Shown: positions 8,721 to 17,576 of the stretch, piece by piece
Layout: each line of letters starts with the position of its first letter
Position numbering within the stretch: the stretch's first letter is position 1
From: Candidatus Methanogranum sp.
GTDB lineage: Archaea; Thermoplasmatota; Thermoplasmata; Methanomassiliicoccales; Methanomethylophilaceae
Reading direction: 5' to 3'
Length of the DNA: 64,000 nt
Assembly (NCBI GenBank): GCA_050309445.1
Contig: JBNRMI010000023.1
Coordinates: forward strand, 29,089-93,088
Position numbers and translations under genes: made by a program
Notes under the pieces: generated by a model
Seen by the model: only the letters and a program-made list of their open reading frames with translations
Database searches by the model: none
What the model was told of the DNA's origin: nothing

Positions 8721-10045
8721 ACCTTCTTCGCTATCTTCTTCGCCTCTGCGCCTACGAACTGCATAGGCTTGTTGAATTCATCCATGTCACCGAAGACATC
8801 CTTGAAGAGTCCGGATGTGGCCTCGGCGGAGAACGTCTGCGTGCCGCCGTCCAGGCAGTTGGCTGCCGTGATGGAGGGGATCATCGTTCCCTTGGCGTGC
8901 CTCGTGACGACGTGGTTGCCGTGGAACAGACCGGGACCGCCGCCGCCGTAGATGGAGTGCGAGAAGAACGACATGCCCACACCGACACCGGTCGCCCGGC
9001 CGTAGTCGACACCGGGGAGGCCGGTCTCGTGCTCGAGGAGGTCGTTGTAGTACAGGACCGTGCCGGGCACACCCTGTGCAGCCCTCGCCGCTCCGACGTT
9101 GACCATGACGGCCGCGTTCTGCCCGGCCGCCGCGTAGGCGTTCCAGAGGGGCAGGTCGTCGGTGGTGTAGATCTTGTATCCGGACGGGAGCTCCTCCTTG
9201 ACGCGGATGACCCCGTCCTCGATCGCCGTGCCCACCAGGTCCGCGACCACGGTGCCGACGGTTCCTTTCTTGCCGTTCTTCTTGACCAGGTTGTAGACCA
9301 GGTTGTTGGCGTTGAGGCCCTGGTATGCGAGCGTGAGCAGGTGGCCACGCTCGAACGGGCCGATCGCGTCGCCCATCTCGAAGGCGGCGCAGGTCTCGAA
9401 GATCGCGGAGAGCGCAGAGCCCTGCATCGCGTTCCTGTTGACCAGTGCGACGACGTGGTTGGACATGATGTTCCTGAGTGCGAACCCGGCCCCCTCGTTG
9501 TTCTGGGGGATCTCGAGGATGCACTTGAGGTTGGATCCGTCGAAGCCCACGGTCTGCGGGTACTTGCCCCATACCGCGGCCTTCACCATGTTGGCTTTGT
9601 ACATGGGGACGTCGAACAACTCGACGATCGCCTCGGTGGTCGCGGCTGCGACGACCGTGAATCCGTTGATGTACTCGACACCGGCGTTGGACCTGGCCTC
9701 GGGCACGATGACGATGATGTTCTTGCCGTCGCTCTTGATCTTGGTCACGGTGTCGTCACCCTCGGTGACCTGGACCATGCTCTTGATCATGTCGGCGACT
9801 TTCTCAGCGTTCTTCACCAGCTCGAGGTCAAGCTCCTTGCCCCGGATCATGACACCTGCCATGGTCCCGGTCTTGAGAGCCTTCTCGATACCGGCGAGAT
9901 TGATCGCTATAGTCCTCTTCGTGAGAGATGCGATTCTCTTGATCGCGTTGTTGCGCAACGGGCTGATGGCTTCCAGCGGCACGCCTTTCGCAATGCGTTT
10001 GCCGTAGTCGTCATACAGATCGATTACGTCCTCGTATTTTGGCAT
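8717..10045 (-). CDS. mcrB: Methyl-coenzyme M reductase beta subunit
   Basis: 442 aa, begins [31 protein letters not shown] strong SD (GAGGAGGT) precedes the ATG. First gene of mcrBDGA. Confidence 0.95.
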   Translation of the reverse strand: MPKYEDVIDLYDDYGKRIAKGVPLEAISPLRNNAIKRIASLTKRTIAINLAGIEKALKTGTMAGVMIRGKELDLELVKNAEKVADMIKSMVQVTEGDDTVTKIKSDGKNIIVIVPEARSNAGVEYINGFTVVAAATTEAIVELFDVPMYKANMVKAAVWGKYPQTVGFDGSNLKCILEIPQNNEGAGFALRNIMSNHVVALVNRNAMQGSALSAIFETCAAFEMGDAIGPFERGHLLTLAYQGLNANNLVYNLVKKNGKKGTVGTVVADLVGTAIEDGVIRVKEELPSGYKIYTTDDLPLWNAYAAAGQNAAVMVNVGAARAAQGVPGTVLYYNDLLEHETGLPGVDYGRATGVGVGMSFFSHSIYGGGGPGLFHGNHVVTRHAKGTMIPSITAANCLDGGTQTFSAEATSGLFKDVFGDMDEFNKPMQFVGAEAKKIAKKV

Positions 10046-10126
10046 TTCATACCTCCTCTTCTTAATAATATACGGAGAACCGAGAGATCCTCCGCTTCCC
10101 CTTGCAATACGCGAGTATGTGTCTTC

Positions 10127-10137
10127 ATTATAAAAAC
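10127..10137 (-). promoter_or_regulatory. Candidate TATA box of the mcr operon (implies a ~55-60 nt 5' UTR with SD)
   Basis: The minus strand reads GGTTTTTATAATG. It is the nearest AT-rich box upstream of mcrB. A second AT-rich box lies near 10232-10245. Confidence 0.35.
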
Positions 10138-10327
10138 CATGCGAAAAACGATATTGGGAGCCGTTGCGGGCGGTCCGGAGGCCGCCCGGGCGGCATCATC
10201 CGGATAGCGGCCGGAGCGGCCGGTTCATCGACTATTATTTAATGATTCTCCGGCGTGTTAAGGTATCGGAGAACAGCATATACCAAATATGCCGTGTTCT
10301 GACTCCTTGTTGCTCCGACCGGCGGGA

Positions 10328-11035
10328 TCAGTCGCGTTTGGACTTCTCCATGACACCGGCCTCGAAGCGCTCGAGGCGCTCGACGTACGCCGGGATCTCG
10401 GCATAGGGTATGCCGCACCCGAGCTCGTCGGCCCTCATGTCGGTGCGCCGGCGGCAGCCGTAGCAGCCCAGCGAGATGTTGGGCCGGCCGGTGACGACGG
10501 GTATCGAGACCAGGTCCTCGCAGGTGCACTGGAAGGGGCTGGTGCTGTAGGTGACCCGCCCGCCGGACTCGGAGGTCTCCAGCGCCGAGAGCCAGTAGAT
10601 GCGCTCGGCGATATCGATCAGCACCACCGCGTCGGGTTCGAAATCGGCCTTGGCCAGCGGGCAGACGACCTCGCCGACGCAGGGCTCCGGCACCAGGCGG
10701 TCGGAGATCATCCGCGCCGCCGATTCGGCGGTGGCGTGGATGCCGAGCGCCAGGTGGTAGTCGCCGCTGGCCACCTTCTCCGGCGTCTCCTTCATGTTGA
10801 GCGCCGACGAGCCCACGTGGCAGCTGTGCCGGTCGACCGGCATGCAGAGGCACTCCCCGTCCTTCGCCCTGAATATCGCCTGACAGTGGCTCATCTGCCC
10901 CTCGGGGACCTCGCAGCTGCCGGGGTAGTCCTCGCCTTCGCGGATCAGTTTGACCGCGACCGGCTCGTGCCTCAGCCTCAGTATGCGTTTCATCTTCCCG
11001 GCGTAGCCGCTGTTCAACTCGAGAATGGAGGGCAT
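10328..11035 (-). CDS. DUF169-family protein (COG2043-like), function unknown
   Basis: 235 aa. PVAVKL near the N-terminus and multiple conserved Cys (CQAIF, CMPVDRHSCHVG, CTCEDL, GCYGCRRR) fit my memory of DUF169. Confidence 0.7.
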   Translation of the reverse strand: MPSILELNSGYAGKMKRILRLRHEPVAVKLIREGEDYPGSCEVPEGQMSHCQAIFRAKDGECLCMPVDRHSCHVGSSALNMKETPEKVASGDYHLALGIHATAESAARMISDRLVPEPCVGEVVCPLAKADFEPDAVVLIDIAERIYWLSALETSESGGRVTYSTSPFQCTCEDLVSIPVVTGRPNISLGCYGCRRRTDMRADELGCGIPYAEIPAYVERLERFEAGVMEKSKRD

Positions 11036-11064
11036 GCACGGTGTATGCCGCTGATGATGCTAAA

Positions 11065-11092
11065 ACCCTTCGGGGCGGATGCCCCGGAGGGT
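11065..11092 (-). terminator. 12-bp GC hairpin followed by TTTTA downstream of the mtaA-like gene
   Basis: Plus strand: ACCCTTCGGGGC-GGAT-GCCCCGGAGGGT (one G-U pair). On the minus strand the hairpin is followed by TTTTAGC. Confidence 0.45.
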
Positions 11093-11125
11093 AAGGGGTT
11101 TATGAGGTGTCTGCGGACCCGCAAC

Positions 11126-12163
11126 TCACTTCTTGTAGGCCTTGATCGCGTCGACCAGGGCCTTCATGTTGTCGTTGGAGGTCGCGGGTGCGACACCGCA
11201 GCCGGGGGCGACGACGTTGAAGCCGGCGTCCGCGGAGCGGATGGCTGCCTCCTTGACCTCGGCGGGAGTGCCCTGGAAGAGGGGCCTGACCGACCCGACG
11301 TTACCGACCATGGAGACCTTGCCGGCCACTTTCTCGATCGCCTTGAAGGAGTCGACCTTCTCCTCGACGGAGAGGGAGGTCACGCCCAGGGCGGCCATCT
11401 GATCGAGAATGGGGTAGGTGTCGCCGCAGATGTGGAGCGAGGTCATGCCGTCGACCTTGGCCAGGCTGTTCTTGATGGACGAACCGGCCGCTTCCTCGAA
11501 CATGTCGGGTGCGAGCATGTCGGTGGACGCGGAGGGCTCCGAGCACTGGACGATGTCCGCGCCGGCGTCGAGCAGGGCCTGGGTGTAGTTCTTGACGATG
11601 GGGGTCACTGCCTCGACCCACTTGTCGACCTCTTCGGGCGCCATCATCATGCCGAAGATGATGTTCTCAGTGCTGACCATGTGGCCGGCGAGGGTGAAGG
11701 GACCGGTGTTGCCGGCGATGACCGCGTACTTGTCACCGTGGGATTTCTTCAGCATCCCGACGGCGTCCTGGACGACCTTGACCCTGCCCTCGTTGAGGAA
11801 GTCCTCGACGGCGAGGGCGGTGAAGGGGTCGTCGTACTCCCCGGTCATGGGGTCGAATTTGAAGGGGTGCGTCTTGATCATGGGTGCCGCATCGAGCTTG
11901 TCGACGGCGACGACACATCCGAGCCTCTCCGCCTCGGCGGTGAGGCAGAACGATGCCCTGACGGCCTCGAACCCGAAGACCTCGGCCTGGGCCGCTGCGA
12001 GCTTCGCCATGAGGGCGGCGTCCTTGTGGGCCTCCGGCCAGTGCGCGTCGACCGCATCCATCTGACCGACGGTCGCGGACTGCGTGAACACGGCCACTGC
12101 GGGTCGGTCGAGATTCTCTTTGTTCATTGCTGCGATTACTCTGTCTTTCGGAGTCATTGACAT
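11126..12163 (-). CDS. mtaA: Methylcobamide:coenzyme M methyltransferase (MtaA/MtbA type, URO-D fold)
   Basis: 345 aa with the zinc-ligand motifs HICGDT and APGCG, and overall URO-D-like length. MtaA cannot be separated from MtbA by eye. Confidence 0.8.
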   Translation of the reverse strand: MSMTPKDRVIAAMNKENLDRPAVAVFTQSATVGQMDAVDAHWPEAHKDAALMAKLAAAQAEVFGFEAVRASFCLTAEAERLGCVVAVDKLDAAPMIKTHPFKFDPMTGEYDDPFTALAVEDFLNEGRVKVVQDAVGMLKKSHGDKYAVIAGNTGPFTLAGHMVSTENIIFGMMMAPEEVDKWVEAVTPIVKNYTQALLDAGADIVQCSEPSASTDMLAPDMFEEAAGSSIKNSLAKVDGMTSLHICGDTYPILDQMAALGVTSLSVEEKVDSFKAIEKVAGKVSMVGNVGSVRPLFQGTPAEVKEAAIRSADAGFNVVAPGCGVAPATSNDNMKALVDAIKAYKK

Positions 12164-12233
12164 GATAGGTGTCTCCCGTTCGTTATGAATGGGACCAAGT
12201 TATATAAAGATAAACGTAGGGCCGTTCAGACGG

Positions 12234-12253
12234 CGCCTGCCCGCGTGCAGGCG
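12234..12253 (-). terminator. 7-bp GC hairpin after the metallophosphoesterase gene
   Basis: CGCCTGC-CCGCGT-GCAGGCG, 8 nt past the stop at 12261. The mtaA TATA (TTTATATAA, ~12207-12216) lies just beyond it. Confidence 0.35.
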
Positions 12254-12260
12254 GGTCCTC

Positions 12261-12986
12261 TCACACCTCGGTATCGAGCACGCCGACGAGCTTCCCCAGC
12301 GGCAGCAGGCCGACCTCGGTGACGCCGTAGATCTCGGCCGCGGAGAGGTCGCAGGCCCGCAGCGCCGCGGCCAGCGTGTCTCCCGGTTCGGCGGACAGGT
12401 CCCTGCCGGAGGAGAAGGGGCTGAACGGCGGCAGGACGATGACGCCCTCCCTCCTGGCATGCACGAAGCACTGCAGCTTGACCCCGCCGGACATGATGCC
12501 GGGCACCCTGATCGACGGGTGCTCGTGCCCGATGATGACCGGCCTCCTGCCGGAGTCGACGTGCCCGTGCTCCAGCCGGAAACCGGCCAGGTCGATGTGG
12601 TCCCGGGCGTGCAGCCCGAAATCCGAGAGCACGTTCTGGATGAAGTTGTCGTGGTTGCCCCTGATCACGGTGACCTCGGCCGCCTCGGCGATCAGGTCGA
12701 TGACCGACCCGATCTCCCGGCTCGCCTCGTAGCGCGAGCGGCGGAAATCGTGCTTGATGTCGCCCAGCAGCACCACGTGCCGCGGCTCGTACTTGGAGAG
12801 GATGCGGTTGAGCCCTTCGCGGACGGATCCCGTGTTCACCCTGGGTATGTACATCCCCTCGTCCTCCATCGCCCTCTCGTAGCCGAGGTGGAGGTCGCCG
12901 AGCACCGCCGTGGGGCCCTCGCCCTCGAGGATCAGGCAGCGCTCGTTGGTGATCCTCACTCCGGGGAGGATCTCGATCGAATCCAT
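12261..12986 (-). CDS. Calcineurin-like metallophosphoesterase (MJ0037/SbcD-related type)
   Basis: 241 aa with the motifs GDLHLG, GDIKHD, GNHD and GHEH in canonical order. Confidence 0.8.
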   Translation of the reverse strand: MDSIEILPGVRITNERCLILEGEGPTAVLGDLHLGYERAMEDEGMYIPRVNTGSVREGLNRILSKYEPRHVVLLGDIKHDFRRSRYEASREIGSVIDLIAEAAEVTVIRGNHDNFIQNVLSDFGLHARDHIDLAGFRLEHGHVDSGRRPVIIGHEHPSIRVPGIMSGGVKLQCFVHARREGVIVLPPFSPFSSGRDLSAEPGDTLAAALRACDLSAAEIYGVTEVGLLPLGKLVGVLDTEV

Positions 12987-13073
12987 GGTCCGGACATGTG
13001 CGTTGCGGGATAATAGCCTTCGCCGTCCGGGCCGGCCCGCACCGCCCGGCCGCGGCCGTTCCGAAGCAAATGA

Positions 13074-13097
13074 GATATATTGGAATATACATCCAAT
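13074..13097 (+). promoter_or_regulatory. Promoter/operator box, copy 1: GATATATTGGAATATACATCCAAT (TATA plus inverted repeat TTGGA-N7-TCCAA)
   Basis: A 24-nt string identical to 14384-14407, ending 7 nt before the ATG at 13105. Confidence 0.6.
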
Positions 13098-13104
13098 ATA
13101 CTAT

Positions 13105-14289
13105 ATGATTAAAAAAATGATAGTGTTGATCGTCGCGACCCTAGTCATCGGGGCCGGCGCCGCCGTCCTCCTCTCGAAGAGCGGCGGGGATGACGGGCCC
13201 GTCGACGACGGGGCCGCGGAGGGTTACCCGCGCACGGTCTACGACTCCGACGGGACGGCCATCCTGCTGAACAAGGCGCCCGAGCGGGTGATCGTCGCAG
13301 AGATAGAGTACCTGGCCTATCTGGGCGCGGATGTGCTCGACCGGGTCATCCTGGCGAGGGAGGGGACAGGGACCATGCTCTCCGACGAGACCATCATCCG
13401 ATGGTACGGGTTGGAGGACGTCTGCACCATCGCCGGCAAGACCGGCGAGATGATGGGGATGGTCGAGCGGTTCATCGGCAAGCAGCCCGACCTGGTGCTG
13501 CTCAGCAACATACATTCCACCCCCGAGGACCGGGCGGAGTTCCGCAGCACGCTGGAGACCGTCGGCGCCCAGGTGTATTTCTACGACGAGAGCGTCTCGA
13601 CCACCACAGAGTGCCTCGAGGCGAAGCTCATGCCGATCGCGGAGATCTTCGCCAAGGAGGACCGGGTGCGGCAGCTGATCGACTATGTCGACGGCAGCGT
13701 CGCAAGGCTGAGGGCCATGATGGAGGAGTCCGGTCCCCGGGAGGTCGTCGACGTCTACGTCGCGGGCGTGAAGGGCAGGAACCAGCACGGGGTCGAGTTC
13801 CTCACATCGACATCTGAATACCAACCGCTGGAATCTTTGGAGGGTTATGTGAACAACATCATCGACATCGGCGGGACGAGTACCGCTATGGGTTTCGAGA
13901 ACCTATACCAGTACGAGGCCGAGAGCGGAGAGATGGACTTCCTGTTCCTGAACGCCGCCTGCTGGAGCGACTTCCTGAACAAATGGCGGAGCGACACCAG
14001 CAGGTTCACGGCGTTGGGTCCGTTCAAGACCGGAGAGGTGTACCTGATAGCGAACCACTACCCGCTGACATACATGACGTTGGCAAGCGCCTACAACATC
14101 GCGTCGTGCATCGCACCCGAGGCCTTCGAGGGATTCGACACCGACGGCCAGATCAGGGAGATCATCGACACCTTCTACGGCTCGTCGGAGCTCGGCGGCC
14201 TGGTCTACGACGACGTCAGCGGGTACTTCAGGGAAGTGACCGGCATGGATGCGGACTTCGTCTCCAAGGTGGATCTGACCGCGCTCTGA
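13105..14289 (+). CDS. ABC importer substrate-binding protein, FecB/BtuF (Peripla_BP_2-like) type, N-terminal membrane anchor; paralog 1
   Basis: The track ORF starts at 12910 inside the divergent gene. The real start is MIKKMIVLIVATLVIGAGAAVLL, after the TATA. Shares long blocks with paralog 2 (EGYPRTV, AEIEYLAYLG, PIAEIFAKE, WRSDxSRFTALGPFKTGEVY). FecCD permease and ATPase genes follow. Confidence 0.75.
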   Translation: MIKKMIVLIVATLVIGAGAAVLLSKSGGDDGPVDDGAAEGYPRTVYDSDGTAILLNKAPERVIVAEIEYLAYLGADVLDRVILAREGTGTMLSDETIIRWYGLEDVCTIAGKTGEMMGMVERFIGKQPDLVLLSNIHSTPEDRAEFRSTLETVGAQVYFYDESVSTTTECLEAKLMPIAEIFAKEDRVRQLIDYVDGSVARLRAMMEESGPREVVDVYVAGVKGRNQHGVEFLTSTSEYQPLESLEGYVNNIIDIGGTSTAMGFENLYQYEAESGEMDFLFLNAACWSDFLNKWRSDTSRFTALGPFKTGEVYLIANHYPLTYMTLASAYNIASCIAPEAFEGFDTDGQIREIIDTFYGSSELGGLVYDDVSGYFREVTGMDADFVSKVDLTAL

Positions 14290-14383
14290 CGGCGGCTCCG
14301 CTCAAACCCCTTCCCTTCTTTCCTATTTCTGCCCTCCTTCCCCGTTTCCCCTCCGCCGGCCGCCCGGCGTCCGGGGCAACCGT

Positions 14384-14407
14384 GATATATTGGAATATAC
14401 ATCCAAT
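14384..14407 (+). promoter_or_regulatory. Promoter/operator box, copy 2 (identical 24-mer)
   Basis: GATATATTGGAATATACATCCAAT, ending 6 nt before the ATG at 14414. Confidence 0.6.
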
Positions 14408-14413
14408 TACCAT

Positions 14414-15604
14414 ATGTCTCAAAAGGTGCTGATAATACTCATCGCCGCACTGCTCATCGGCGGCGGCGTCACCGTCTACGTGCTGAACAACGGGGACGGG
14501 GGCGAGGAGGCCCCGGACGGGGTGATATCGGAAGGATACCCGCGCACGGTCACCGACTTCTACGGGGCCGAGATCGTCCTGAGCGGCATGCCCGGCAGGG
14601 TGGTCGCCGCCGAGATCGAGTACCTGGCCTATCTGGGCGAGGATGTGCTCGACAGGGTCATCTGGGCCGGCAGGGGGCAGAGCGCATCACCCGCCAACGC
14701 AGGTATGATCGAAGCCTACGGGCTGGACGGCGTGTGCACCATGACCGGCAGGATGATCACCATGGCCGAACAGGTCATCGCCAAGAACCCGGACCTGGTC
14801 CTGATCGGCGACGGTCAGACCTCCCCCGCCGACCGGGCCGGCTTCCGCGAGGTGCTGGAGGCCGCCGGGATCGATGTCTACTTCTACACCAGCCAGAGCA
14901 ACCTCTTCTCCGATTCGAAGGAGTGCCTGGAGGTCAACCTCGTACCGATCGCGGAGATCTTCGCCAAGGAGGAGCGGGCGCAGCATCTGATCGATTACGT
15001 GGAGACCGAGACCGCGCGGCTGACCGCGATGCTGGATGCCGCCGGCGCGTCCGATATCCCCGATGTGTACGTCGCCGGCGGAGCCGGCAAATCACGGCCG
15101 AACTTCCTCGGGTCGTCGCCGGCCACCTACCATCCGATGCTGTACCTGGATGACTACGCGCACAACGTGATGTACGACATCACGACCGAGGAGTACCTCA
15201 CGATGGAGTTCGAGACGCTCTACGAGTACGAGGCCGGCCACGGTGCGATCGACACGGTGTTCATCAGCATCCCCTGCTGGGAGGACTTCCGGGACAAGTG
15301 GCGGAGCGACTCCAGCAGGTTCACGGCGCTGGGCCCGTTCAAGACCGGGGAGGTGTACGCGGTCACCGACTGGTTCCCGCGGGCCTACATGTGCCTCGGC
15401 GGCGCCTACCTGCTCGCCCCCGTGATCAGCCCGGGCTCCCTGGGGGACCTCGATCCCGAGGCCGAGGTGCGAGGGCTGATGAACGAATTCTACGGCTCCA
15501 CTGAGGCCGGCGGCATCGTCTACGACCACATCAGCCGGTACTTCAGGGACACCACGGGCATCGACGGCGACCTCTTCGGCAAGGTGCCGCTGGACGGCAT
15601 CTGA
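14414..15604 (+). CDS. ABC importer substrate-binding protein, FecB/BtuF type; paralog 2
   Basis: The track ORF starts at TTG 14390 inside the operator box. ATG 14414 (MSQKVLIILIAALLIGGG...) is preferred. Paralogous to 13105-14289. Confidence 0.75.
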   Translation: MSQKVLIILIAALLIGGGVTVYVLNNGDGGEEAPDGVISEGYPRTVTDFYGAEIVLSGMPGRVVAAEIEYLAYLGEDVLDRVIWAGRGQSASPANAGMIEAYGLDGVCTMTGRMITMAEQVIAKNPDLVLIGDGQTSPADRAGFREVLEAAGIDVYFYTSQSNLFSDSKECLEVNLVPIAEIFAKEERAQHLIDYVETETARLTAMLDAAGASDIPDVYVAGGAGKSRPNFLGSSPATYHPMLYLDDYAHNVMYDITTEEYLTMEFETLYEYEAGHGAIDTVFISIPCWEDFRDKWRSDSSRFTALGPFKTGEVYAVTDWFPRAYMCLGGAYLLAPVISPGSLGDLDPEAEVRGLMNEFYGSTEAGGIVYDHISRYFRDTTGIDGDLFGKVPLDGI

Positions 15605-15631
15605 GGACAGCCGTCCGCGATCCGAGCTCAC

Positions 15632-16705
15632 ATGTCCGGAGACAGCGTCCGGGGACCCGGTTCCCGCGAGGGGTACGCAGCCCACAAGGCCAAGAAGCTG
15701 ATCTGGATCCAGGCGCTGGCGGTGCTCTGCGTCATCGTCGCCCTGGTGTCGCTGGGCATGGGCGCCTACAAGATGTCGATCGGCCAGGTGCTGACGGCCA
15801 TCATCGAATGGACCGGCTCGGTCGACAACGTGGTCATCTGGAGGATCAGGCTGCCGCGGATCCTGGCGGCGCTGCTGGTCGGCTCCTCGCTGGCCGTCGC
15901 GGGGACGGTCATGCAGTGCATCCTGAAGAACCCGCTGGCCTCGCCGTACACGCTCGGCATCTCGAGCGCGGCGGCGTTCGGCGCGGCCATCGCCATCGCC
16001 GTCTCGAGCCTGGGCTGGCTGAGCGGGACGGTCGTCGCCGACCTGGTGGGCGGGATGTACGGGATGTCCCTGTTCGCCTTCGGCTTCTCGATGATCGCCG
16101 TGGCCGTCGTCATCCTCTTCTCGAGGACGGCGTCGGCGACCTCGGAGAGCATGGTGCTGGCCGGTGTCGCCATCGGCGCCATCTTCGGCGCCGGCCTGTC
16201 CTCGCTGCAGTACTTCGTCGACGACAGCACGCTGGCCTCGATCGTCTTCTGGCAGTTCGGCGACCTCTCCAAGGCCTCCTGGGAGGACCTGGGCATCGTC
16301 GTCGCCGTCATGGTCCCGGTGATCGCCTACTTCACCCTGCACCGTCTGGACTACAACTCGCTGGAGGCCGGCCGCGAGGTCGCCTCCAGCCTCGGCATCG
16401 ACACCAGGAGGCTGACCCTGGTGTCGATGACCCTGGCGTCGGTGCTGGCCGCGGTCTGCGTGGCCATGGTCGGCATCATCGGCTTCGTCGGGCTGCTGGG
16501 CCCGCATATGATGCGGCGGATCGTCGGCGGCGATCACCGCTACCTGATCCCGGCCTCGATGGTGATGGGGACGCTGATCCTGCTGGTCTCCGATGCGGTG
16601 GGCAGGATCCCCTTCGAGTCGCCGGTGCCGGTGGGCATCATCACCTCGTTCCTCGGCGGGCCGCTCTTCCTCTACATCCTCGTGAAACGCAACAGGAGGT
16701 CATGA
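15632..16705 (+). CDS. FecCD/BtuC-family ABC permease
   Basis: 357 aa, polytopic. Carries the family string RLPRILAALLVGSSLAVAGTVMQCILKNPLASPYTLGISSAAAFGAA. Confidence 0.9.
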   Translation: MSGDSVRGPGSREGYAAHKAKKLIWIQALAVLCVIVALVSLGMGAYKMSIGQVLTAIIEWTGSVDNVVIWRIRLPRILAALLVGSSLAVAGTVMQCILKNPLASPYTLGISSAAAFGAAIAIAVSSLGWLSGTVVADLVGGMYGMSLFAFGFSMIAVAVVILFSRTASATSESMVLAGVAIGAIFGAGLSSLQYFVDDSTLASIVFWQFGDLSKASWEDLGIVVAVMVPVIAYFTLHRLDYNSLEAGREVASSLGIDTRRLTLVSMTLASVLAAVCVAMVGIIGFVGLLGPHMMRRIVGGDHRYLIPASMVMGTLILLVSDAVGRIPFESPVPVGIITSFLGGPLFLYILVKRNRRS

Positions 16706-16706
16706 A

Positions 16707-17525
16707 ATGTGCATGTGCATCAACGGTCTGACAGCCTCATACGGCAAGAACAGGGTCCTGGATGATATCTCGCTGATGATCGGGGACGGCGACGTCGTCT
16801 CCGTCCTCGGGCCCAACGGCGTCGGCAAGACCACGCTGATCAAGAGCATCTGCAGGATCAGGGACCCCGATGCCGGCGAGGTGTCGCTCAACGGCCGGGA
16901 CGTCCGGGATTACCGGCCGCGGGAGTTCGCCAGGCAGCTGTCCTACGTGCCCCAGCGGGCGTTCACCTCGACGATGACGGTGTTCGACTCGGTCCTCATC
17001 GGCCGGAGGCCGCACATCGACTGGACGGTCACGGCGCATGACGAGGATATCACCTGGGACGTGCTGAAGCTGTTCTCGATGGAGCATCTGGCGCTGAAGC
17101 ATGTCGACGAGATCAGCGGCGGCGAGCTGCAGAAGGTGCAGATCGCCAGGGCGGTCGTGCAGAACGCCGGGACGATGGTCTTCGACGAGCCGACCAACAA
17201 CCTCGACCTCGCCAACCAGCACGCCATCCTCGGCATCATCAGGCATATCGTCAAGGTCAACCGCTCCTGCGCCATCATGATCATGCACGACGTCAACACC
17301 GCCGCCTGCTACTCGGACAAGTTCATCTTCATGAAGGGCGGGAGGGTGCAGGCGTACGGGGGCGCGGAGACGCTGACCCCGGACGTGATCGAAGCCGTCT
17401 ACGGCGTCAAATCCGAGGTCCGGCAGGTCGGCGGCACGCCCGTGGTCATCCCGCAGGTGCGGGACTGGGAGGACGTGACCCTGCCGGAGGGCATGCGGGA
17501 CCGGATGCGCTGCGATGCGCTCTGA
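16707..17525 (+). CDS. ABC transporter ATPase (FecE/BtuD type)
   Basis: Walker A GPNGVGKTT, signature ISGGELQK, Walker B MVFDEP. SD AGGAGGT lies 6 nt upstream. Confidence 0.9.
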   Translation: MCMCINGLTASYGKNRVLDDISLMIGDGDVVSVLGPNGVGKTTLIKSICRIRDPDAGEVSLNGRDVRDYRPREFARQLSYVPQRAFTSTMTVFDSVLIGRRPHIDWTVTAHDEDITWDVLKLFSMEHLALKHVDEISGGELQKVQIARAVVQNAGTMVFDEPTNNLDLANQHAILGIIRHIVKVNRSCAIMIMHDVNTAACYSDKFIFMKGGRVQAYGGAETLTPDVIEAVYGVKSEVRQVGGTPVVIPQVRDWEDVTLPEGMRDRMRCDAL

Positions 17526-17576
17526 CCCGGGTGCCGGCCGGTAAAGTATTTTGGCAGGCTCGGCATATCCGCGGAC

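Noticed and set aside
12910-13104. N-terminal extension of the first binding-protein ORF. Similar track-ORF extensions occur for queC (27890-28288), the MtxX-like gene (29133-30101), the HD protein (33938-34576), and the upstream in-frame extensions of mvk, GGR and aroB'.
   Set aside because: Each extension overlaps a neighbouring well-supported gene or a promoter, and its sequence is Arg/Pro/Gly-rich. Homology-consistent starts lie downstream.
13020-13104. Cobalamin or other riboswitch upstream of the ABC importer
   Set aside because: The TATA box lies only ~25-30 nt before the ATG at both binding-protein genes, leaving no 5' UTR to fold. The conserved element is a DNA-level inverted repeat.
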